A DNA stretch of 64,000 nt from Catajapyx aquilonaris (taxonomy: Eukaryota), in the NCBI GenBank assembly GCA_000934665.2, contig KZ538100.1, forward strand, positions 62,001-126,000, given 5' to 3'. Of the stretch, positions 53,690 to 64,000 are shown piece by piece. Made by a program: the position numbers and the translations under genes. Numbering within the stretch: the stretch's first letter is position 1; each line of letters starts with the position of its first letter. The notes beneath the pieces are model-generated. The model worked only from the letters and a program-made list of their open reading frames with translations, had not been told where the DNA came from and did no database searches.

Positions 53690-54062
53690 CGCGCCGACCA
53701 ATCCCAGGCCGGGTTGGATCCCGCCGCCCTGGCCCCCCTCCGCAGCCAATGGGAGGCGGTGGAGGGTGCAACAGGCTTGGCCCCTGCTCCAATCAAATCC
53801 TCATCAATCCACAGTTTACGCATTCAAGTCTAATCGGCGCCCTCCCCCTTTTTCGGGCCTCCGCTGGGCTATTCCGGCCGGTAAAATGGCCTGAAGGTGT
53901 TCACACTTCGTTAATCTTTGGCTGGTCAGCGCAGGAGGAAGGAAGGCCGCAGTCACACCACACCGTCGCAGGAGTAAGGGTGATCCTCCGCGAGGCAGCT
54001 AGCTGCTGGGGTCTGCATACATACTGGGTGATCCGCGAGTGCTTATTCTGGCCATTCAGTCG
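53690..54062 (+). promoter_or_regulatory. Putative Nkx6 promoter: three CCAAT boxes and an Inr-like TCAGTC
   Basis: CCAAT at ~53698, ~53746 and ~53789; TCAGTC at 54056-54061; GC-rich region directly upstream of coding exon 1. Confidence 0.45.
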
Positions 54063-54365
54063 TCGTCGTCACGTGTGGAGAGAGAGTGTGATATGCGGCA
54101 GAAGCAGAGGCGGGGGCGCCGGTAGCCAGCCTGTGCCTTGCCTGCCACGACGGCCGCCATCAAGGAAGCCCCCGTGGCGGCGGACGACTCCGTGTCGCAG
54201 GGCTCGTCCTTCAGCGGCGGCGGAGGCGACGGAAGCAGCGCCGAGTCCCCCGGGCTGTCCTCCTCCGCCTCGGCCACCTCGGGCACGGTGGCCAGCACCT
54301 CCTACAGCACCACCACGGTCACCTCCTTCGCCGCGGCAGCCGCAGCCGCAGCCGCAGCCGCCGGC

Positions 54366-54680
54366 ATGCTCGAGTTCACCCCTCCACCGACCTCCTCCTC
54401 CGGCGGCGGATCGGCGGCTGTCAGCGCCGCGGCCGCAGCTGCAGCGGCGGCGGCTGCGGCTGCTGGAGGAGGAGGAGGAGGAGGAGGCGGGCAGCCGGGC
54501 CCTGCCTCCAGCCCCATGCTCTCCTTCCTCAACCTCAACATGGACCCGGCCTCCAGGAACAGTGCTTTCGTGCTCGGAAGCCCTCCTCTGGCCGCCCTGC
54601 ACACCATGACCGAGATGAAGTCAGCCGTCTTGGGAGCAGCGGCCGCAGCACAGCACCACCACTACGCCGGACAATCTACA
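54366..54680 (+). CDS. Nkx6: Nkx6/HGTX homeobox gene, first coding exon (start uncertain: ATG 54366, ATG 54516, or a non-AUG start near 54147-54159)
   Basis: Contains [20 protein letters not shown], matching the Nkx6 N-terminal motif (vertebrate Nkx6.1 [20 protein letters not shown]). Poly-Ala and poly-Gly tracts. Phase-0 donor ACA|GTTAGT at 54681, where base composition turns AT-rich. Confidence 0.88.
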
Positions 54681-55420
54681 GTTAGTATAATAGTCCTCTT
54701 TCTTACCACTCTCATAGTCCACTGTGCTGTGCATACGTCACACGCAGCAGGTAACAACATCGCAGACAAAGTTGGCCTAGTCTCACTCTTAAAAAAACTA
54801 CAGTCTTGCACCAAACCGCGGCAGTAAACCAAGTGCATTTTGTTGTTGGAAAATCAGTGCTTGCAAATTGGGGAAATTATGGCCTCGAATAAGCGAATCA
54901 AGTTTTGCGTCATGAATTGTTTCTCGGTGTCACGTGTTTAGTGGGATTGCTGTGCTCTTCTTTGTCGCGAGGAGCTAAATTAAGAGACAAAAGTTAAGCT
55001 AAGAATTGGGAAATAGCGTCATATATTGTTAACACGACGGTTTATGTGAAGGCCTAGAATTAATTCGAGGCTTAGATTTTTTTCGAGAGAGGAGGCTGCT
55101 ATTATACTATTGAACTTGATATGTAAAAAAAAAAAAATCTAATGCACAATATTTGCCAGTATATAGTTCTGATCAGCCTGAAGCAATTATGCCGCATCTG
55201 AAAATATTCATTGGCATTTTATTATTGCTCCATCACTCATCTCTCCGTCTCTGTGTGGCGTCATATCAAGGCCTAGCTGGAATTTTGTATTCAGTGCAGG
55301 CCATGGACTGTATAGGGAGCATGCATGGGATCTGAGATATCTGAGATCTGCAATATTACCTTACTATATGTCTACAAATTACTAAATAATTTCAAATTGA
55401 CAGGAGCATACCCACCACAG

Positions 55421-55421
<1 letters not shown>

Positions 55422-55497
<76 letters not shown>

Positions 55498-55521
55498 GTA
55501 GTAGTAGTAGTAGTAGTAGTA
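55422..55521. repeat. Compound (ATT)n(AGT)n microsatellite in Nkx6 intron 1
   Basis: Seen directly. Confidence 0.96.
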
Positions 55522-55886
55522 ACTTAGTAGTAACGAAAGGACAGTTGCATTATACACATTATACATAGTTTAAAAAAAATCTGGATATGAATAACGAGAA
55601 AAACAGTTGCGACAATAAGTTGTTGTATAATTATAGACCTATGCGGATCATGGAGTAAGATGTAAAAAAAATTCCCTTAGTCATTGAGTAATGAATTTAG
55701 AATTTGACGCTGAACAATAAAAGGGTGAGCACATATGTTCAAGGTGAGGTAGTATATGTGAGTGTTTTTGAAAATGAAATGGAGCCTGTTACATTTTTAT
55801 TAGGCTACTCCACGCAATGCAAGTCTCTGACAGTCATGAAGACCTAAATTGCTGCGGGGCCTGCATCATGTCATGTTTCTAAACTA

Positions 55887-55938
55887 CAGCAGGGAATATG
55901 CACGAATTACATGTGTAATTTGCGCATATTCCCTGCTG
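55887..55938. repeat. 52-bp near-perfect palindrome flanked by TA (miniature MITE-like)
   Basis: ta-CAGCAGGGAATATGCACGAATTACA tg TGTAATTTGCGCATATTCCCTGCTG-ta. Confidence 0.8.
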
Positions 55939-57217
55939 TATAGTTTACACATGTCATGTACTTGTATATGGCTTCTTCCTCTATGAGCAGTTGTATAGTC
56001 GTGGAAATATCAAAGAACTTTACTAGCTGAATGTATGTTAATGTTACAGTGTAGTTATACGTCGCAGGAATAATGGATGTGCCGTTTGTTAGTGGCGATA
56101 TTTGTAACGGTAACTCATATGAACAAAAGAATAAGCAACCATACAAAATTGATCTGACAAAATGAGTGACAGGCTGTACAAGTATAATCAAGTATAGTAC
56201 ATCAGAAACACACGATTAGGTCTAGCTGCTTATATTTTTATACGTAGACCTGAAGCTCTGCAGCTGTAGTATTTCAAGGGAAATTAAGGCAGGAAGAGCC
56301 CTTGTACAATTATAGGCCTGCTCTGATTACTTCCAGCAGCATGAATCAATTTAAATTCCACATTTGCATTGATTTGTGTGCATCCTTTTTGCCGACGGCA
56401 AAAGCAAGAAAGCAATGAAATAGGCCTAATCCCACTCTGCACTGTAGGCTTTATCTTGTCGCAACTGAGACGCATAGTTGGGGCATAAAGTGCATCTCAA
56501 CAAGTCAATCACAACATTATCGATAGAACCCTGACAGTATATAGTGCACATTATTGCCTTGCAAGAACAACCAGTCAAAGTTGAAACCTTATTATGCTGG
56601 AGCATTTAGAGCCCTTCAGTGTGGTCACCATGAGTAACTTAACCACTGGGTATTACCACAACATTCCCGAGGAACCTCGGGTTACTATATAGCTAGTGGT
56701 AAACTATATATGCCAAATTTAGGGGGCCTAAAGAATAAGTTAAGGAAAACAACACCAATTTTTAAAAAACCGGCCAGTTATTCCGCTATGGAATTTACAA
56801 AAAATAATCTCAATGCTGCAGTGGCTCAACAAGTCATTAATTCAGCATTTTCTTCTCTTTTGTACCCCGCACCTAAATTAGCCCCTTTGTGACTCCCTGG
56901 TTTTGGCGGTCAACAATCGAAATTATTCGTGGTAATTGTTGCTTTCAAGACGAGCCTTAAACAAGTTCAGAACAAGCCAGATGGAGTGCAGGTGTCAAGG
57001 AAAACCTGAGGCCTAATAAAGGCCTATTTTCTGAGAACATGCAATAACAAGGGCAAACTTCTGGCGGCACAACTTTTGGTCAGCCTATATTTGCTGCGAT
57101 TGATTGTAATATTTATTTTTAAGCGTGCATGTGATGTAAGTGTACGAGTAGCAGGAGGCATGTAATAATCTGAATCAGGGCGGCGCTTGTTCCTTCCCGT
57201 TCGGTGCACACCACCAG

Positions 57218-57608
57218 CCGTCGTCAAAGGCGGCGGCGGCGGCGGCGGCTGCAGCGGCGGCGGCTGCGTCCCTGTCGGGCATGTCCCCCCATCACCAGCA
57301 GCACCACCCGCCGTCACTCTCCGGCGGTTCCTCCTCGCCCATCAGCGCGGCCAACCCGCACGGGATAGACCACATCCTGTCCCGGCCCCTGCCCCACGCC
57401 CTGGCCGGGGCAGTGGCCGCAGGGGGAGGCCTGCCCCGGGCATTCAACGTCACCTCTGCCGCCGCCGCTGGGATGTACTTCAACCCTGCAGCATCCCTCG
57501 CCAAGCACCAGACCTCCTTGGCAGACTTCGCCTCCAGGCCAACCCTCTACTGGCCTGGCATTCAGGGGCTCATGGGGAACCCCATGTGGAGGGACAGGCT
57601 CACTGGAA
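57218..57608 (+). CDS. Nkx6: Nkx6/HGTX second coding exon (eh1/TN motif and YWPG motif); homeobox exons presumably downstream of the window
   Basis: Acceptor ...ccaccag| at 57217, in phase 0 with exon 1. Encodes NPHGIDHILSRP (Nkx6 eh1, cf. TPHGINDILSRP) and LYWPGIQGLMGNPMWRDRL (cf. YWPGVMQSPPWRDARL). Phase-1 donor A|GTTAGT at 57609. Confidence 0.9.
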
Positions 57609-59443
57609 GTTAGTACCACACTCCTTCAACTCTTTTTGTTGTTGTTTGAAATCAGACAAAAACACACAATAATGAAGGCAGTGCTTCAGTTTCCTAATGT
57701 ATATAAGTTATACAGGATACTGACTAGTATAGTTTGGCAACACTGCTTCCCCCCCAACTTGGACGTAGTACGATAGGCCACTACCAGTTGGCGCATAGGC
57801 ACACTCCTGCCACTCTCAGCGTGGAAGTAGTGTACTACAAGCACGTTGGTGATGAGTCACTCTCCAGCAGGGTGCTGTTCTCGGATACATCGAAGTGGGT
57901 CCCACCCTCTCTGACCGATATATGTCCTCTAATTGTTGAACGGGGAAAGCTAGGCGATGAGTCAACACGGACGGCATATACGCAGACGAAGATAAGAAGT
58001 GTGATTGGCCGCACAACGACCCAAAGACAGCTCCGTGTGAACCCTGGCATCTGGGGGACATTAGGCCGTATAAATTGACACACCCGGTGACAGTCATCTA
58101 GGCATGTATAGGGGGGGAGGGGTGCTGGCCTTATTCGGTCTTAAACTGGTCACCTTAAAATATTGAAATTGGTCGTTGGGAGGGGCTCTTAAAAGCACTC
58201 TGCGGTTACGCCTGGGGCCAGGGAATATTGTCGCCCGCTTCCAAACGCCTGCCGAGTCGCCATCAATGGCGACTGTTATATTTCCAGCCTGATCATATGT
58301 CTGATGGGCTGCTGCTGCTGCTGGACTCTCTCTCTCTCTCTCCCCTTTTGGCCTTTTCCCGCCCTCCCTTTCGAAATGAGTCAGCAGGAATAATATATTG
58401 TTGATCGGCCGGGATTGTTGGGACCATTTGCTGGTTGAAACTGTTGCGACTTGTGACATGGCGAACAGAAGCTCTCCATCTGTTTTTAGGTGGGACAATG
58501 CGCAATTTAGTGCATCGAATAATGCTGTGAAATGGCATATTTTTCTCTGTAATTTTATTGGGCTCTCTAATTTATTTTGAGCTATTTCCTTGGCTTCAAA
58601 AAATTGCACATTTGAAATATACTTTTTAAAACAATTCATCCAAACAGTCAGTTCCTGCTAAACTCATTGAGACTTTGCTCCTATAAATGAGGGGCTAGAT
58701 TTTCCGAAGTAGCCTAAATTGAATTACTGAGTTGGTTGAAAAGTATAAATATGACCCGGAAACGCTTGGTGCCATTCAAAGAAATAATAATTGCCGCTGA
58801 GAAACAACTATGTCATTATTTACTGTATATATAGAAAGTGAGATATTTTTAAGGAATATGGCCCATTGCAGATGTACTTATAACTCGAATAAATTTCGAT
58901 TACAAAACAATATGCAGTATTTTGCTAAGTGGCGGAAACCTACTTGGGATTGTTTTCTTGCCTGATAGATCCGAATATGAATTCATTAAAAAAATTTCGA
59001 CTCGTGTCTTTCTAAGATGTAAATAATATTTATTTAGAAACTCATTTCACATGGACAGTGTCAGAGGTGGTTCCTGTTTGCCAAAGTTTTACACGGCATA
59101 GTACTTCTAAAAATACTTCTGATGTTATTATATTATGAGAGCACTGCTAGGCCCGCATTAGCACTATAGACCTCATATCGCCTGAAATCTCAGCGACATT
59201 TTATACCTGAAAATATTTAGTCGCATTAATATTTCTTCATGTATACCTTTCTGTATGTATGCGTCACTGGCAGCCGAGCAATATTTTCGACAGCGTTTTC
59301 ATTAGCCTTTCAAGAAAAGGAAATGATGACTGTTATTAACCGACTCGGAACCCACGAATCGCTTTATCAATCCGCCTTTTAAATATGAAGTGAGCGAGCA
59401 TGTATCTGCCCAACCCATTCCATCCCTGAAAAGATTTATCATC

Positions 59444-59444
<1 letters not shown>

Positions 59445-59507
<63 letters not shown>
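59445..59507. repeat. (TAA)n microsatellite in Nkx6 intron 2
   Basis: About 21 perfect units. Confidence 0.96.
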
Positions 59508-59509
<2 letters not shown>

Positions 59510-59806
59510 GGAAAAAGAGATGGATGTATAGTCTGGCAGACCACGAAAATGAAGCTAAGACCAGCGGAGCAGAATGTCAGACATCGTCCCAAGCCTCATT
59601 ATCTCAAGTCAGCTGTATTACAAAATCGAGGGTGGAGGAAGGGAGGGGTGGGTGGGTGGGTGGGGAGGGAGGGGTCCCTGGTCATAATGGGAACCAAAGT
59701 GCCACAATTAGGGAGAACACCGTCTACTGGCTGTTTTTGCAGCTCTCAAAACGTGTGGGGAAAATATTGAATTAAAAGCGGCAGGCAGGCAGCAGCAGGA
59801 CCAAAG

Positions 59807-59841
<35 letters not shown>

Positions 59842-62800
59842 AGAGGGAGAGAGAGAGATGAGAGAGATGAGAGCTGCACCCAAGTTGGATGTACAGGCTC
59901 CATGGATGGGGTGCAGCAGCAGCGTCAGACAGAAAAGAGTTGAAAAATGTTGCCCGACAGAGCGTGTCGCGATGTCAACCGAGTATTCGCAGCGATCGCT
60001 CAGCAGCTATACGCACACAGATTTTTATGTGTGTTTATGTATATGGGGGAAGGAAATAAGAGGCTGTGTTGTGAGAGACTCTGAATTCACCCCCCCCCCC
60101 CTTGAGTGGGAGGGGAATATTTTAATGCATATACGAAATTGATGACCCCCGGCGGCTAATCTTATTAATTCCGGCCCCTTGCACTTGCATGCATGCATGG
60201 GGCATGGCATTGCGCTGACCGTAATTAAACACGTGCCTAATTAGTACCCTTAATTTTTTTAAATGAATCCGCAACTCTAAAAAAAAAAAGCATTCATTTA
60301 GGCCCTCCCACCCACCCTCCATCCCCTCCCATTATGACAAGTGCAACGTGGCCGGGCGGGGGCGAGACCCAAAATGAAAAACATGCGATTTTCATTCGCC
60401 TAATGCAAAGGCGCTGTAGCGGTATGTATGCTGCCTGGCTGGTTGGTGTGTGTGTGTGTTGTACTGTGGGGGGAGGGTATACCCTCAGTGCTGGTGTTGG
60501 GATTACAGGAAGCGGCGCTACTCGGCCATTATTAAATCATTGTTCCCCTTATTATTATTGCAAATGGCAGGGAGAGGAGGGAAAGAGGACAAGCCATCGC
60601 ATGTAACATACAAATGTGTGGGGCTGATATGGATGGGTGCCACGATGGGTGATGCAGGGGGGTGGAAGAAGAGTGAAAGGTGTTTACAAGTGCCAGTTTC
60701 ATGCACTTGGTATATCAAAGACAGAGTCTGGTGTATAAATAAGAACATATTTGCATGTTTAGAGCCAAGTTGTTTAAATTATTCACTTTCCTTCTTTGTG
60801 TGCTGGCCTGTTCGAGCATTGTTTTTTCCCCATGCGAATTATATCCATCCATAATTTGAGAGCCTTGCTCTATAAACCTTATTACATGCTCGATTGACAT
60901 GCATTGAATTTGCTTCAGCAATGATTGGGCGGATATGCGGAAAGTATCGACATCTGAGGATGACCGATACAGCATTTTCTGTCCCCACAGCAGCAGCTCG
61001 ATCGAGCTCCTCGACTTTGTTGCTTGCTTGTGGTGTGTGCTCCTCCTCCCTCCCTCTCTCCCTCCCTGCCTCCCTCTGAATGTTGGAGGGCGGCTGCTGC
61101 TGCTGCTGCTGCGGAATAATCATTATTTCATAGGCACTATTACCAATTACGGGGGATTTGGGAAAAACAAAGCGTGTCCCTGCTACTAGTGGTCGCCGAT
61201 GAGAACTCTGAATTGCAAATGATCGCGCACGGAATCATAATATATTATACTGGCTGCTGCTGTTGGGATGCTGCTGGGAGCGATGGTGGGGAGAGGGAGG
61301 GATGCTGATGCCTTGCTGAGGTATATATCCAGAGAGAGAGAGAGAGCTGTCGAGGCATCGGATGCTGGGAGGGGGGATGGGGGACGGGGGGTAAAACTGG
61401 AGCTTGTTGTGTTTTCATCGCGTCATGAATCCGCCTGGCTGCTGCCACTCGGGGGCCTATCAATGCTGCACGTGCAGCATCAGCAGCACTCATTTCCATC
61501 ACATAAGAAGACACACCCAATCAATCCAGCTCAGAGTCTAATCGGGACAAACAGCAGCACTATAAAAACGGATCGGATTGTATATACTTCGAGTTCGGAA
61601 TTCCTAAGCGGGGGGAGCGGAAAAACTCTTTCGTTGTTGTTCGCAGACTGATCAGATTTGCTGGGGTCACGTGTGCTGCGTATTATTGGCAAAGCAAGCC
61701 TCGATACTCAATAATGGTACTATATAGCCTGCAAATGAAGCTGCGTGACCGAACCAATTGGGGGGATCAGCCCTGTTTTTGGGGCATCCAACGATAAACT
61801 TTGCGAGTCATTAGCAAAATGAACGCACATCAGCATTACTCAGATGGAGTTATTTACAAAATATTGCTGGTCAAAAGTGCACCATATACACAGTGATCTA
61901 GCTCTAGCATTGTGCTGGATGAGCATGGCACCAGGGTCGACCAATGATGTAATATTCTCTATATGAAATGCTTTCATTTTTGGCATTAGATCCGTTCAGA
62001 TGTATTTGTTCTATAAGAAGACATTTTGTTTGGCTTTTAATTACTGCCATTTTTAAGGAAGATTTTTTTTAAATTGACAATTTTTGTAGCATGCGCGTGT
62101 CGTAGTATACGCATACCAAGCGCCGGTTTGTTGCGGTGTTCGAATCGGATCTGTTTTAAATCAAATTAAATGACGGTCAGCTTAACGCGCCACATTGGTT
62201 TGTCGACTATTTGCTTGGTTGTACAAATTCCCATTGACCACCGCTGACGAGGCTTTGGCGTGACGTGTGACAACGAACATATTTATAGCGTCACAATGTA
62301 CCGGATGTTTCATAACTGTTCTGACAAATTCCTGATCACTTATGTGCAGAGTTGTCAGCATGTTAATATACACAAAGGAGGTGTATACACTATACAGGTG
62401 ATATACATGATATGAGGAGCGGGAGAAAAAGAGGTTTGCTGGCCGTTGGTGCCGTATAGTAATTAATGCTCTCTGGAGAGCCCCGTGGGTCTGTCGGTGG
62501 GTCGGTTGGTCGGTCGTCGTTCTTGCTTGCATGTGTCGGCAAACAGAAGGGACAACGCCATCTGCTCCAAAAGGCGACCCAACTGATGCGTCTGATTAGG
62601 TTGACCAGACACTCGAGGAGTTAGTAATCCCGGCCAACAGTTTGCAGATAGCTCTTCTCCCTTAATAAAGCCCTGTTCGCCCTGTTGGCTCAGAATATTA
62701 GAGCTATAAATAGGCTTATTATTCTTCACTAGTCGCGAAGATGGGGAGAGGAGAGGAAGGGGGGAAGAGGGGCGGGGGGAGAGAGAGGGGAAGAGAGCAA

Positions 62801-63481
62801 ACCCCTTTTGGCTGACTCGGAGCAAAGGCAGGGCCTGTGTGTGTCCAGGTGATTACTCCCAGTCTACTAACGAACCAACATGCTTTGTGTCAACTCGGGG
62901 ACCTTGCTTGCCGGATTGTACCCATAAAAGTGATCAATGTCCGGCGGGGCATGTCACTGATAAGGCCCAAGCCCTCCCTCCCTAGATCCATGTAATGATG
63001 GCAGCAGGAAAAGGACGAGGAAAAAGGAGGGGATCAACCTGAGTGATTTCAGACACCTTTATCTTTTTAATTTCTATCGATAGCACCTTGTAGACTCCTG
63101 CTGTAATTTGTTCCGACTTAACCCCAATCATACGCGGACACCCCCCCGCCTGTCCTCCTGTCCCCTTGTCAAATTATATTATAGCGGAGATAAGAAGCCA
63201 CCTGTTCGCTTATTGAAAATACACGCACCAAATGAGCTGCTCATATTTGTCGTTCGGGATGTAACCTTAATTATGGACTCTGATGGAGAACCACATCATC
63301 TGCTGCGGGGGGGGAACCCCGTATCTCTGATTGTTGCTCTCAGAAATTGCCCCGTTCTCAGTATCAACGCTGTGAAATATGGCCCGTTGTCTTACATATG
63401 TGAAAAGGCTGGATCTTCCATGGAGAACCTTATCTAATTGCATTACACGGCCAATCACACAGTCCATCTCATCTTCATTGG

Positions 63482-63582
63482 AACTCAGTCTGCCAACATA
63501 ATTTTCGCACAAAGCAAATCTCTCATGATTAATAAGGACAGCGTCATTGCTTTGTTCGGAAATTATGTTGGCAGACTGAGTT
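63482..63582. repeat. Inverted repeat, 36-bp arms with 2 mismatches, 29-nt loop
   Basis: aactcagtctgccaacataattttcgcacaaagcaa (63482-63517) pairs with ttgctttgttcggaaattatgttggcagactgagtt (63547-63582). Confidence 0.85.
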
Positions 63583-64000
63583 ACCATGATCATGATTTTT
63601 GTGACGTACGAGTTGAGGTACTTTCTCTTATGCATGGATGACTATGGTGGATGTGGTTGTCCTTTCCTGTAGAGAGTTTCAGCAAATGCGGCTGCATTTA
63701 GGAGGCGAATAATTGGGAACATCCTGCGGGTTGTGCAACCTTCCAGCCACCCTGTGACGGTCCCCCGTCATTCTCTTTATTTTATATACCGTAACTTACT
63801 AGGTGTGAGGTTGTGGAGAGAGCGAAGTGAACCCTCCGACCGGCAACGCATAGATAGTTCCTCCTCCCAACCACCAGAGGCGCTGCCTGCACCCCCATTG
63901 CGCATGCGTAGAAAGCGGGCCAATCGGAAGCGTCGCGGCAACAATATGCGGCGGACCAATCAGAGCACTCGGTCAAACACCATGATTACGATTTAAATAT

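Noticed and set aside
53680..54609. 309-aa + strand ORF and antisense ORFs over Nkx6 exon 1
   Set aside because: Alternate frames of GC-rich sequence, Pro/Arg-rich low complexity; the conserved Nkx6 motif is in another frame.
57609..64000. Nkx6 homeobox exon (expected KKHTRPTF...)
   Set aside because: Not seen in the ORF track or by eye; presumably downstream of the window.

Overview
Eukaryotic (animal, most likely arthropod) genomic DNA with spliceosomal introns, microsatellites, small transposon derivatives and one 103-N gap. Three + strand genes are supported, and none is properly shown by the ORF track. (1) The last coding exon of the homeobox gene NK7 (5431-6102). (2) A four-exon neuropeptide precursor of the GnRH/AKH superfamily (CDS 18699-20622): signal peptide + QTTFSRDWIP + GKR, i.e. 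an ACP (AKH/corazonin-related peptide) gene with an atypical Thr at position 2. (3) The first two coding exons of Nkx6/HGTX (~54366-54680 and 57218-57608); its homeobox exons were not found in the window and presumably lie downstream. The most interesting observations are the hidden ACP gene sitting inside an NK7-NK6 gene pair (possible ancient GnRH-family/NK linkage) and an odd Nkx6 5' end: an in-frame uORF, one UAG, then ~80 coding-like codons with no AUG. A cluster of foldback/MITE elements lies at 22.5-27.4 kb. A tRNA-derived SINE with target-site duplication and a Tc1/mariner-type MITE lie at 50.4-51.5 kb. The 28-50 kb stretch looks like gene-free regulatory DNA upstream of Nkx6. All calls are by eye and from recalled family motifs; no searches were run.
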